This document shows, piece after piece, positions 11,991 through 24,950 of a stretch of 64,000 bases of DNA. Source of the stretch: Chiloscyllium plagiosum (Eukaryota). Position numbers and translations under genes: made by a program. Within the stretch, counting starts at the first letter, position 1. The number at the start of each line of letters is the position of its first letter. The notes under the pieces are model-generated. The model was not told the origin of the DNA, made no database searches, and saw nothing but the letters and a program-made list of their open reading frames with translations. Location: contig NC_057751.1 of NCBI RefSeq assembly GCF_004010195.1, positions 6,893,934-6,957,933 of the forward strand, written 5' to 3'.

Positions 11991-12478
11991 CTCTATTTTG
12001 CTCAACTAATTTGTGCACTTGTTTTTTCCTTGCTGTCCTTCTCAGCTTTTTTGACTTTAATCTTGGGAGGAATATTTCTTCATTTCTCATTCTCTGCTTG
12101 ATTTTTTTCCTCTGCATTATTCATACCTGTTGTCGTTTAGTGCTTTTGTGGTGCAATTACCCAATCAAAAACAAATTTCCAACCCCATCTCTCAACGCTC
12201 TGTCTGCTCATGAAACCCTTCTCCATCTTTCTCACCCATCTTCATCTTGCACGTTGATCATATCACAGCACCATACTATCCAGCCCTAATCCTCTTCCAC
12301 CACTGAGGTGAAGAGAGTCATTTGGCTGTTGCCTACCAGCACCCATTTTGACAACCATTCATACCATTGACCACTGTGCAGAAAAAGACCAGCAGCAGCC
12401 TCACATTTTCCTCCCCTACCCCACCACTCAAATCAAACTGAAAGATCTCTCTACCAATGTCAAAAAAAAGTTAAAAAG

Positions 12479-12740
12479 GTAAAGCTCCCCTCAACACTAC
12501 TCAAAACACTCCCAGGTCAAGTGCAGCATAGGATTAGATAGAGTAAAGCTGCCTTTACTGTTCCGGTCAGAAGGGTGTTTGATCAAGACAGTAAAACTTC
12601 CTACTCTTAAACAGCAAGTAAACGTTCCTCTTTACAGTCACCAATCATGGCAAAAGGACAGTGATAGCATGGAGCCAGATACAGAGCAAAGCTGTCTCTT
12701 CCCTGTCCACAAACACCCATCGAACAGAGACAGAACAAGG
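12479..12740 (+). repeat. Degraded ~65-bp-unit minisatellite-like repeat
   Basis: Recurring gtaaagct / aaacactccc / agcat..ttagata(c)agag motifs at about 12479, 12543, 12618 and 12686. Confidence 0.5.
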
Positions 12741-14102
12741 CCCTCTTGCCATGGACTGAGGCACTCAGAGCACAAGAATCCAAACAAACTTGCTTTCTGT
12801 CTCACCAGTCAGCTCATTATTTTGCACACTGATATAACAATGCAATTTTCTGACCATTAAGTGTTTGACACATGTCAAGGTGTTCATTATCTCTTGTCTT
12901 TTGGTTGTGACCTCATTGAAATGCATGGGAACAAGAGGTTGCATCTTCACCTGGTCAGGGAGAGAGTCACAGTTTGGAGATACTTCAGGTCACAGTGTCT
13001 TCGAATTCATCTGGACCCTGTCACCCAATGTGCCATGGCGATTTCTTCTGGCAGTGTTCATTTTAGATCTTTGAATTCCATCCCACGTCTCAACTTTAGA
13101 CCTTTAAAACTACTGTCTCAGTAATTTGAGCAGAGAGAGAGAGGCAATGTCAAGAACTTGTCATTAATCCAGCTCACGCTGGAGGTTTGCTTAGAATGGT
13201 TGATTCTTTGAAAGACAGGTCCTCAGTTATGAAGGTTTCTTGTGAATTCTGCAAAAAAAGGAATCACATCACCATTGCAAAAAGTAAACCTAAAATTTAA
13301 GGAAGTTTCACTTCACTTGGCTAAGGGGTAGGTTGGTGGGAGGTGGGGGTGGTATTCAAAGCAACATTATTTGAATGTAAATATTTAAAGTTATGAATAT
13401 CTCGGTTGGATTTGCACCAGTACTTTCAGGACTGGCCTCCTGTGCTTCGAGCAGAGGAACCTGCAAAGCAGAAGAAGAAATCAACTGGATTGGTGCTGAC
13501 ATGAGTTTAGAGCATTAAGCAGCAGTGTGACGTGCTTAGCCTAATAAATATCCAAAAATTAAAAAGGGAACAAGAGGCACAAGTTTAAACATTATTTATA
13601 CTGTGATCATACAGTGATTGTGTCACTGGGCTGGATATGTATTCTGAAGGCATCCTGAGAGCCTACCCCAACAGCTAGAGAAATATTTTCTAATTAATGA
13701 AATTTTTTGAAAAAGTGGTCAAGTGATCATTGTGGCCAGGAGTTGGGCAGTGGGGCCAGCTGGATGCAGATTGGATGGCAAAATGCAGAGGTGCTGTTTC
13801 TAGAGATCTTACTAAACACTGGAACAAAAAAAGACAAATGAGTATGAATGTAATGGGTGACAATATGAATTGAGAGAGTCACAGTTTTGGATGGTCCAAA
13901 GTTGGTGGAGGAGAGAAAATGGGAAGCCAGGTGGAGGAGCATGAGCAGTCAAGTCTGAAGTGAAATGAATTAGCATTTCAAAAAGTAGATACATGAAGAC
14001 AGGGCAGGGCTGTGTGTTATGACAGATCTGGAAATAGGTTGTCTTTGTAATTTGAGTCTAAGATGAGCTTCCATTGCACACCAAATGTTTCTTAAGAGTC
14101 TA

Positions 14103-14435
14103 GATGGAGTCAGGGACTAGGGGCACAATGATAATTACTTCAGTGGGAGAAACTACCTGCTCACCTACTGCTGGATGTCAACCAAAAAAAGGAGGTGGAG
14201 GCCCAAAGATGAACAAGTAAAATGCTGTGTCATGTCACACTGTTCTTGCATCTAGTATTTTAGATATGATGGAGTCAGGGACTAGGGGCACCATGATAAT
14301 TACTTCAGTGGGAGAAACTACCTGCTCACCTACTGCTGGATGTCAACCAAAAAAAAGGAGGTGGAGGCCCAAAGATGAACAAGTAAAATGCTGTGTGTCA
14401 TGTCACACTGTTCTTGCATCTAGTATTTTAGATAT
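14103..14435. repeat. Near-perfect tandem duplication (165 + 168 bp)
   Basis: gatggagtcagggactaggggcac...tctagtattttagatat at 14103-14267 and 14268-14435; differences are one A/C, one A-run length and one TG unit. Confidence 0.95.
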
Positions 14436-17127
14436 GGTAAGGCAAAAAAGTGTTCATTCAGGAAGGTGAAATGCATTTAAAAAATCAGAGTAAGTTTGAT
14501 CCTGATCTTATCCTTGTTAGTGCAAAGCAGAGATGCATTTGCCTGAAATAAGGTATCTTTATCAAGGTGCTTGCATAACCAACCAGTGCAAGATTAACAC
14601 AAAGCAGACATTTGGAGTTCTAAGGCTTGACAGAATTGCCAGTGTATTAGTCTTGGCTTTTGATGTGACTTCTAGAATACTTTGCAGAGCTCTGCCAAAA
14701 AACGAGCACAGTACCTGCTGATGCATATTTTGAAGAATGGATACCTGGGGAGTGGTAAGACTGGCATTTCAAGTGTAATGTCCAAACCATAAAATGTTTG
14801 AATCTAAGAGTAGAACTTTAGATCACAATTGGTATCTACATTTCCCCAATGCTGTGTATATATGCACATGTGAACACAAACCATCTGCATGCACTGGCTG
14901 CCTATACTTAGTGTTAGTTTTAAATGAATGAAGTTGTGTGCCTTTAGATTAGAAATGAAGACTGATTTTTCTTTCACCCCCCCCCCCCTCATTTTCAGCA
15001 GTGTTACAAATGATTTCATAAACAGTGAACCAGCTGGCAACATAACACTGACTGCACTGCCAGTTGCAGGAAATCAGCTCTTATCCAGCAACACCTATCT
15101 CACAAAAGGGGACTTAGGTCCTTCAGTTTAAGTGTTTACGTTGGTGGTTATTGAGAGATGATAGTTGGGGTCAATGCTGTTACTCTTCAAATAATGGCAT
15201 GGCATCCCATATACCCAATTGACTGTAGATTGATCTCTCTACTTTCCATTCCATTGCAAAGACAGTTAAACAATATAGAATGCCTTCAGTACATCACGCG
15301 AGTGTCAAGCCTTATAATTAGCTCATTGGCCTCTTTCTTTACTGCACAATCAGCCCATCACTGATGCAATGTTATACATTTGTTTCATTGATTTGCAGTG
15401 GTTTCTGATGTTAAAATGCATTTCACCCAAATGCATCTTGAGTGGACATCTTTAACTACATGATGCTTGACTACCAGCTATGTATTTTTGGCCTCTTCCT
15501 GTTAATTTCCAATCCTGCACTTCAACAAGACCAGCTGAAGGTGCATTTTAGTTTTTACATATATTTAAACAGCCAGTTCATGTTCTCACCATCACCAGTG
15601 GTGATTCTACTGTTTAGATTATCAAAGTGCCTGATTAACGTTTGGTACTAAAAGGAGAAAATTTTCCTTCAATTAAGTACTGGATAAAGGTTGCACAGTG
15701 GGAGCACTCTAAAGAAATCCATTTGGTTGCTGCTCCTTCAAGCACTAAACTATTGGTTAAGGCTGAAGGGAGCTCACTGAAGTTTACTTGTTTGAAATGG
15801 CCTTCGACATCACACAGGGTGGTGGTCAATTGATTTACTGACACATTTACAGCATCTCCTCCTCTGCTGCACTGGGCTACAACTGTTGAATGAAACTACT
15901 CCACTGACCTTGTCCAGAGACAAATAATTATGTAGCCTGCAGTGAAGTTCTTTTCACTTGCATTTTAAAGGATTATCAATGTCTGAAATTTTCAGTCTTG
16001 CGTTTAATGATCTAATTTGAAACTTTATTGCCTTTTAAGCACTCCAGGGTAAGGAATGATTTAACAGCATTATCGTGTCTGCAGTAGTTTACAGGAAGCT
16101 TCTTTGTTTGAATGATGGCTTGTAAATATTTACTTTTTGCCCTGAAAAAAAAGGGTAAAAAAAAATGAATAGATCCGACAGCTGATGAGCAGAACTGGTC
16201 TCATGATTGAGCATTAAAAGTGCTATCTGTCCAGGATGCAGGTTAAAAGGGCTTGAGAAATTCGATGGCAATACTCAACCAACACCAGAGATCAGCCGAT
16301 CACTAACATTAATGCTGAAGAAAACTCGCTCATTGGGCTGCTTGGTATTAAAATCCACAAACTGACAAATGGACGGAATTGCTTCGTGCTGTCTGAACCT
16401 ATCAATCATTTGTCTAAATTTGCTTAGAGCCTGTGTGCAAATTAGCTGATGCACTTGCTTACCAGTCAATTGTGAAATATGACGTTCAAACACTTCAGGA
16501 CATACCAAGACCACAAAGTCACTGCATTAATGCAAAATCTCACTTCTTGTAAAAAGACTTGCAATTAATCTTGATTTGGAGGCATCAACTTGTCAGAAGC
16601 TTACAGAAGCTGTTGATACTTTTGCCCAGAGAACTGTTCATTACCAGAGGCAGTAAATGGAGAGACATCAGAGCAAATGTGTGCCAGTTTTTCCACATGA
16701 CATCAGTAGCCTTTTGCTTTCCTGAATGGCTAAATATTACTCTTCACTTTTGTTTGTGTCCCTTTAGGTAATTTAATGAAATATTCAGAACAAATTACAA
16801 AAGCTTTCTTCCACTCAGGATTTCATTGACTGTCAGTCAGTCTGCGGAAAAATGCAACCCCCACACCCTTAATTTAATGCAAATTGCAACCTGTGACAAT
16901 TTGTTAAAAATTCTTTTTTAAACAGCAAAATGTAAGCCAAAATGCTGGAATTGGAAACAAAACTTTAAGGGGGAGGCAGAAAGAGATGGAGGTACAGTGG
17001 AAGCTGAATTATTAATAAAGTCAGGAAGGCTATTCAAAGAGTAGGTAGCATCCTTTGATTTATTAGACGCAATGAGCATAATGAAGAGGTTGAAATTAAC
17101 ATGAATCTTGAGAAAAATGTCAGTGAG

Positions 17128-17550
17128 GTTATAGAGTCATACAGCATATAAATAGACCCTTCAGTTTAACTCATCTGCACCAGACTTCCCTCTCTGAAAG
17201 GGCCACTTGGCCCATATCCATCTCAACCCTTCTTTATTCACCCATCCTTTTAAAATGTTGTACTTGTACCAGCCTCCACCACTTCCTCTGGCAACCTGTT
17301 GCCCACACACTCCCTATGAAAAAAAATTACCCCTTAGGTCCCTTTTAAATCTTTTCCCTCACTCTAACCCTATGCCCTCTAGTTCTGGACTCTTCCCTTC
17401 CACCCTGGGGAAAAAGACTTTGACTATTCACCTTATCCATGCCCCTTATAATTTTATAAACCTCTAAAAAAAAAAGGTCACCAGGGACAATAGCCACAGC
17501 TTATTTCAGCTTCTCCCTCCAACCAAATCCTCCAGTCCACAGCAGGATCC
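17128..17550 (-). mobile_element. CR1 LINE 3' end
   Basis: tagagtcatacagca...gacccttc...gtaccagcctccaccacttcctctggca...ttaccccttaggtcccttttaaatcttt is the reverse CR1 tail. Confidence 0.75.
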
Positions 17551-18694
17551 TCATTCAACTTGAAAGGGCACGGAAAAAATTTACAAGATCCTTCTTCTGC
17601 AAGACAAACGAGAATGATGAAGAACATCTTATCCAATTGAGGGCACGGCCCTTTAGGAAGGTCGTTAGTGCAGGAACAAGAGGGTCGGCCTCATATGGGC
17701 ACATCTGTCAAAGGCTCAAAAGGAACGTTCTGGCAATCTGGTCTTGGATGGCAGTCCACTGTGCAACACTTAGCATAGAATGGAGCTTGGGTGGGAGGAG
17801 GAGCAAATAACTGATCTCTGCAACAGAGCCATTTCTAAGCAAATTCAGCCCAGCTGCTCTGTTGAAGAAGGAGATGGAACTTCAGTTGCTGGAGACATGG
17901 TACAAGGATTCAAGAAGCTCTGATGGATGGGAGGGAAGGGGGTTTGTTGTGGACACCTTGCCCTGGTGCTATGGTCCCTGGGTGTAGCACCTGGGAGGTG
18001 GAGGCAGCTGATTACCTACAGCTGGGCCAAATGAGAACAGGTGTGGGAGGGGAACAGGTGTGTGAGGACTGTCCTTCTCGTGGGGAGACACCTGGCTCAG
18101 ACAGATCCAGCTGCAGCTGAGGAGAATGCTGTCCGGAAAAAGGGTGAGTGCTTTCCCTTTGAAAAAGAAAGATACATTTTCTTCTCAGTCAAGCTCCCCT
18201 CCACAACCAAAAGTCTCTTCCCTCCCCCCTTCAGCAATGGCCCTCGGGTTGACACCATCACCTTGATACACCTGATGTTCCCGTCCTTCCCATCCCCGCC
18301 TGAAGGACATGATTGTACACCACCCTCTTGCCTTTTTCAAAAAGAGTGGCACGTTTTCAGTGAGCTCCGAAATCGGGTAATTAAAAACAGCGCTTCACGA
18401 AAGTGCAGAGCGAAATGCTTGTGTTTTCACATGTTCTCGGGAGTCCTGTCGGCGAATGTTTCAGCATATCATTCATTCGCAAGTGTCGAGCGTCGACGCT
18501 CGGGCGTGCACGGGAGACATCACGGTTCCAGGGTCAACCAGAGAAGCAAACGTATTCGCTTGCACAGTTGTGAATGTGGGGTTCTCCAGGCTAATTGATT
18601 AGCTCCTTAGTTAAAATTTAAGACTACGCAAGATTCAGACGGTGGGGGAAGAGAAGAATAAAGAGGGCAGGAAGGAAAAAAAAAGTGTATTACA

Positions 18695-18960
18695 GAATGT
18701 CTATAGTGCTGGGCCATTTGTCCCATTACAAGGCTATAATAGCCTTCCCAAGAGCTCTATCCCTATTATCCCACATTCACCCGCCCAGCCTGCACATTAT
18801 GGGGCAATTTAGCCTAGCCAATCCACCTAACCTGCACATCTGTGGATTGTGGGTGGGGAACCAGAGAACCCAAAACCCACTCAGTTACTGGGAGTGGGCA
18901 AACTCCACACAGACAGCGAGGGGAGAATCGAATCCAGGTCACTGGTGCAGCAGTGTTAAA
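18695..18960 (-). mobile_element. Older V-domain tRNA SINE (HE1-related)
   Basis: ggggcaatttagcctagccaatccacctaacctgcacatc...caaactccacacagaca...gaatcgaatccaggtc aligns with the HE1 copy at 46998-47312. Confidence 0.75.
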
Positions 18961-21900
18961 CACGAAACAATTCTGCTCCCATCATCCACGATGGCTGAAT
19001 TGCTCTTATTGTCCGGGCTCTGAAATGGATACATTGACTCAGAAGCCAGTTTTTCATCAGAGTTTAATTTTTATTTTAGAAAATCATTAGTTCGTTGTTG
19101 ACGGAAATTCAACTGCCTTGGGTAGTGCAGTGAGAAAGAAATTCAGGGCACTCAGCTCTTGAAGCAGGAACCAAAACAGCACCTGTTCTTGTTATCTTGT
19201 TTTTGGATACATATTAAATCAGGACACAGGCAATTCATCCCAGGTTATCCTTTTTAAAAAAAAAATCAGAAATGGTGTGCGTGTCTCTTAGGGAGGTGCT
19301 CTCTCTCCAATGAGATGTAACAATCAATCATATAACATATTATAGGTCATAAGGTTAGGTATCCCAAAACCTGACTGTGCTATCCACTATGCCACAGATG
19401 ACAATGGATAGCCAATTTCACAGCAGTAGCTGAGATGCTCCTTCCCAACAGACACTGCCACATGTGTTGCCGTCAGTCCTTTGGTATTCATCATCAAGAT
19501 TGAAATAACCCATCCCAGTTAACATGCATTATAGGAAACTGAAGGTTGTTTTATCGTGATCCTTCGGTTCATTACAGGATTTCATCTCCATTTGCTAGCC
19601 TGATGCTTCTTTATCTACCTTGGTAACAAAAGAAAGTCAAGTTCATGTTCAGGTGGGGCTTTTGAAATTTTATTCGCATTTCTATCTTGGTCTCATTTGT
19701 TTTAAAAACAATTGACTATTATAAACATGCACACAGTCACTAAGGGAGATAGAGAACATTTAAGTTTCAATAAAGGAGCTAATGTACCTCATTTCTTCAT
19801 TCGGTACTTAGTGTTAGCTGCTCTTGGCCTTCCAACCCTTTATTTGACATGCCCTTTAAAATGCTATCAACTGTAAAGTAAATTTTCCACTCTTGATTAA
19901 CATTACCATTTTCCTTTGTTCCTGAATTTCTTTCGAGGACTAAATATTGCTTCCATGACTCTTGCACACATTACCTTGGCTACATTTTAAAATCACGTGC
20001 TGGCAATCATTTGATGATCAAAGGTCTGTTTGTGGATTTTAGACAGAGTGCACTGTTGTCTAATCAGGGTCTCCATTTTCACAGTGTGGCTTTGATGGAC
20101 CCAACTTCAACAATGAAGCTTATACAAGGAGGACTTGAATCATTTTGCTATCTTCAAGCAAAAAGCTACCATCTTAAAAGTTCTTGTATAGAAGAAGTCC
20201 AACATTATGACAAATCCAAGTATTTGTCATAATGTCTTAACAGGCACATAGGAAAAAAGGGGCTCATTTGATGGCTCAATTTCAAAGCTGAATTCCAGTG
20301 CAAGATGGAGCCTATTACATACATAAGAAATTCTTACAAGCAGTTGCAGATTCAAATATAGCGGACAGTTAGGATAAATCAGATATGGTCAGGTTAGCAA
20401 GTCATGTTGTGTTACAGACATCTCATTGAACCCAACCAATATTTTAGAAGATGCTGGTCCAGAAGGGACCTCATGGCAAGATGAGTCAGTACTGTGGTGA
20501 TTTGGTGAGGTAGACTGGGCTCAGTGTATGTATCATTCAGTTCATCAGTTCAGTTAACTCATTTGGGCTTCAGGTGCCACTAACAGTTTCATGCTGAGAC
20601 TATACACATACCACAAAGCAGTGTTTGCCATCAATAGCAAAGTGAAAAAGACATTTCAAATTAGTCTGGTGATACAGAAATTTCAACACCTCTATCATGC
20701 TAGGTATGACAGCCATCTGCCCCAATAACTGGTGCATCAGATCAATCCACGTGTGCTTTCAGCTGTTAGCAACAGGCAAATACTGACATGACCCAAATCA
20801 CTGCGCTTGCAAAACCCTAAACAGTCTTTTTTGTGGGATCTCACACTTAGCTATTTGTTTACATGCTTTGTGTTGTGAAGCACATCTTGTCAATGACAAA
20901 TCAATATTGAAGATTTGAGTTAGTTATACGACAGCACACAAATGCAAAAAAATTATCTTGAATAGACTCTATTCTTTGCAGACATAGAGGACAAACATTG
21001 CAGCAGTTTCAATTTGAACTGGATATCAAACATTCTATGGTCTGTTACTCAGGTCATTGTCTTGTTCAGTCAATTTACTTATTTTAAATATTTGAAAACA
21101 GCCCAGCCATGAACTTCAGTTTGCTGATCTTTTAGTAATCAATAACTACTTAACATTTGTTTATCCTACCTATGTGGAGTGGAGAAGAGACACAGGGATG
21201 GGTCTGGTGGTAGTGGTCACCATTGTTCTGCATCAGCAGTTAACTGCTCATGGCATGGATTTCATACATTGTTTTGGAAGTTGTGCAGTAACCACAAAGT
21301 CCACAAACAAAGAAAATCTAGGATAGCAAGATGCCAAAAAAGTTGGTGCTAGATCAATCTCATTTGAAAACAGATGCAAATGGTAAAGAGAGGGGGCAAG
21401 GAGGTGGTCCATTAAAAAAAAAGGGCACTTGAACCAGTTGGGTCAAATTAAGTTTTTGGTGAGCTTAAAATCCTCAAGCCACCTTTACACTTCTTCAGGA
21501 TATTGATAAATACAACTTCTAGCAAGCAATGTAGTTCCTCCTGCACAAGTGTTCATACTTTGGTTGGACAAACTGCACTTTCCTCAGCATTTCAGAAGGC
21601 AATCAAGAGTCAACCACATTTCCATTGTTCAGCAGTCGCATCTGTCAAATAGCAAAAACAGTTTCCTTTCTTTAAAAAAGGAGATAATGTGGACCTGTGA
21701 TTACTTGGTAGCTCGTGGCTTGTTCATTCTACTTCCTGTTACTGAACTGGAAGTGAAGTCCAGTTGCTTTGGTAGAATTGATCATCAAGTCTCTCCATTG
21801 TTTGCTTCAGAATTTGGTTTCCTGATCCAGCACCATTGAGATAAATGCTACTGGCTTATTATAAAACACCACTGGATGCAACATTCTGTCTATGTAGGCT

Positions 21901-24559
21901 TTGTCTGGGCAGTTGTACCAGGTCTAAATATAACTTGTACAAAAAGAAAAAAGATACAACTGTTACCACAACATTGTTGTGACATGCATAACTGTGGGTT
22001 TAATGTCACAAAGTGGGACTCATGTACTTAGTACTAGGTTACCACAGTCCAATTCCAGCTATTACTTGATAGATTAAAAAGGAATTGCTCAGCAATTGGG
22101 CATTCCAAAGCACCATCCACTCAGTGTAACTTCAACCCATACCAATTCAATATTTTTCTTAGAAACTAGAAAAGTATCCAGCCCATTAGCTAAACAACTT
22201 GAATAGAAGCAGGTGCTCAAATTTCACATCTGACACTTCAGAGCCCCACAACAGCCATCTCCACTTTTATAAAAGCCTGAGTTACTTGTTCACCCACTAA
22301 CACTACACATACATCCTATTACCAAACAACTGCTCACTGCAGTTGATATTTTCATACTCTCCACTACACCCCCCCAAAAAAATCTCCCAGCAAGTTACAT
22401 TTGACTGGAAAAAAAATCTTTCACCACCTTGAAATTATGTTTTTAAACACCTATACTTCTGGCATTTGGTATATTATCAATACTTATACCACAGCAAGCT
22501 TTTCCAACTATTCTAAGTCTCTTCCTTAAGTGAAAACGTACTGCTCCATATCTCAACCCAGGTTTCAGAATACAGCTGGGTTTTTGTATTAAATTCTTAG
22601 CTTCTTCCTTCTCCTGATGTTTGATTTTCCATACTAATCTGCCTTATCAAGAGGTTTATCCTTCCATAAAGGAAATTGATCACATCAAATGCACAGCATG
22701 AGAAAGGCTATTCAGGCCAACTCATTTGTGCCAACATGTTACATAAGTTTCCATTCAGTCCATCTGAGCTCAGGAGAATTTTTATTGCTCGGTCTGCTGT
22801 ATTTTATGTAGCTAGCACTCCTCACATCACAAGCCTGTTAGTAAATGGCATAACTTGTCTCATCCAAAAACCACACTTTCAAACTGTGTCTATTTATAAG
22901 GACTCAATTGGCTTACTAGTTAATGTGCATCACCTGCATCCAATTAATATACAATTAAGTGTTCTTGTCTTGTTCCTTTGGGAAACATGAAAGCTATTTG
23001 CTTCAATCGTGTACTGATTGCAAGTTTCACATTATGACAAATCGCCAAGAAAAGAAATTCCTTCCCACTTCCTGATTCAATTCAGCAGGCATGATGAAGG
23101 GATCAGTTGGAGGAGGAGGTGAGATTGGAATTTGGGATGAGAGTGTAAGGTTCTTGGTGGATCAGGGTCTTTCAGATGAGATGCTAAATCCAGGTCACAC
23201 CAAATGGATGACAGATGGCCTTTCATGACCATTGTCATTGTGTTGTTTGGAGGGAATCATGACATGTGAACCACTTGAATATTTTTCTGGGAGACATGAT
23301 CAGGCACAAGTCTTCATTACACAATGTCTGCACTGAACAAGACAGAGCAAAGGGCTGACCTTATCCGGTCTCAGTTCGTTCTCATCCTGTTCCATGGTTT
23401 GTGCACCAGCAAAACGGAGGCTAATAAATTCAGATCAATTCAGAGATATTACTGGATTGAACAAAACAGCCCATTAATTTTAATTGTCTGCTCTATTGGA
23501 GCAGTTAATTATTCTGTGCATCATGAAATGAGGTAAAAACAGTTAAGGCAATTCAGTTTCAAAGAAACTTGCAAAGAATCTGCAAAACCTAACCTAATTT
23601 AAAGAAGAAATCCATGAACGAAGCGTTTTTGGTGTGAAGATCACCTCCTTGGAATACTTAAAAATCAAGATTCTTTTGTGACTCTTCTTCTGTCCTACCT
23701 CTTTCTTATAACAAAAGCTGTTTTTAACCAACCTGTTAGGTCACACTTCTGGATCAGATTTGAACAGAGGCTACATAGCCCAGAGAAAATGGAATTTGAA
23801 CAGAGGCTGTAATGCCCAGAGAAAGCAACATTGCCACTGCACCACAAGACTTCTCCCTTTCCCTGCTACGCTGAACTGAATTCAAGATGCTTTGCGGGTC
23901 AGGTCACTTTGTCATTGCGGATGAAATGTGATGAGAAATAACTATTTTCATCCCTTGGCTTGAGCATGTCGTACAATTATTGACAATGCATATTTTTTTA
24001 TTGGAACTGTAGTAAATGTGAGTTCAGTTTGAGACATGAAGGCCTTGAAGTGATTTTGTGGAACACTGACTTGTGTGATCTGAAAGGTGATTAGTAAACA
24101 AGAGAACTCAGATTCTGTGACAGTCAAGGAGGGGAAAGGTTGACAAATACTATATAGAAGCTGAAGTTACATTCTATGATTTTGAAAAGAAATTCCTCGG
24201 TCTTCTTTTCACTAAAGGTGTTGAAATTTAAAATCTTTGTGACAAAACTTGGGAAGTGTTTGCAGATTTGAAGCAATTAATTTGGACTAAGTGTTTACGT
24301 TCCACTCAAACTCCTTCCCACCCTCCCTCATTTAATTCCAGAAACGTATCCTTCTGTTCCTTTCTGCAAGTGTGTTTTTCCTTAGCTTCTGAGTGAACAG
24401 AGCAGCAAAAGAACTGACGACCTATGTTTATAGATGTTTTTAATCAAATGTTCAGATATGGTATGACACACCTCTGGAGCAGATGGGGCTTGACCCTAGG
24501 ACCTGAACCTACTCCCTAGAAACCCACCAGTGCGCATTTATCTACGGCCTTTGAAATAG

Positions 24560-24950
24560 TAAAACATTCCACTGATGCGTTAAGCAAAATTTGACACCGA
24601 GTCACATAAGCTGGAAGTGCAAATGTTCACTAATTTAGTAGTTCTGTAAAGAGGTAGGTATTAGGGGGCGTCTGAAAGAAGGAAAGAGAAAGGTTTTTGA
24701 AGGGGATTTAAACGTCCAGTGTTCAGCAGCTGAAAACATGGCCACCAGCAGTGAAGTGATTAATTTTGGGGATATTTGGTAATCTTGAATTTGAAAACAG
24801 AGGTGAAACTTTAAAAATTGGTGCGCAACTGGACTGGTGCTAACTGTGGGTGACCGAGTACCAATTTGATGGGGGAACAGGAATTGGTGCGAGTTAGATA
24901 TAACAGCAGAGATTTGGGTCACCTCATGTTTTGAGTTGGAGTGAACCCAA
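24560..24950 (-). mobile_element. Old L2/CR1-group LINE 3' fragment
   Basis: aaaatttgacaccgagtcacataag...aaagaggtagg...cagctgaaaacatggccacca; reverse of the cttcagctg tail also seen near 41060. Confidence 0.45.

Noticed and set aside
16178..16215. CUGAUGA as a hammerhead core (also 32901)
   Set aside because: No stem II closed by GAAA followed by UH at the required spacing.
18041..18598. 185-aa + strand ORF
   Set aside because: No recognisable domain, GTG start, and not the expected UNC5D exon 3 sequence; treated only as a CpG-rich region.
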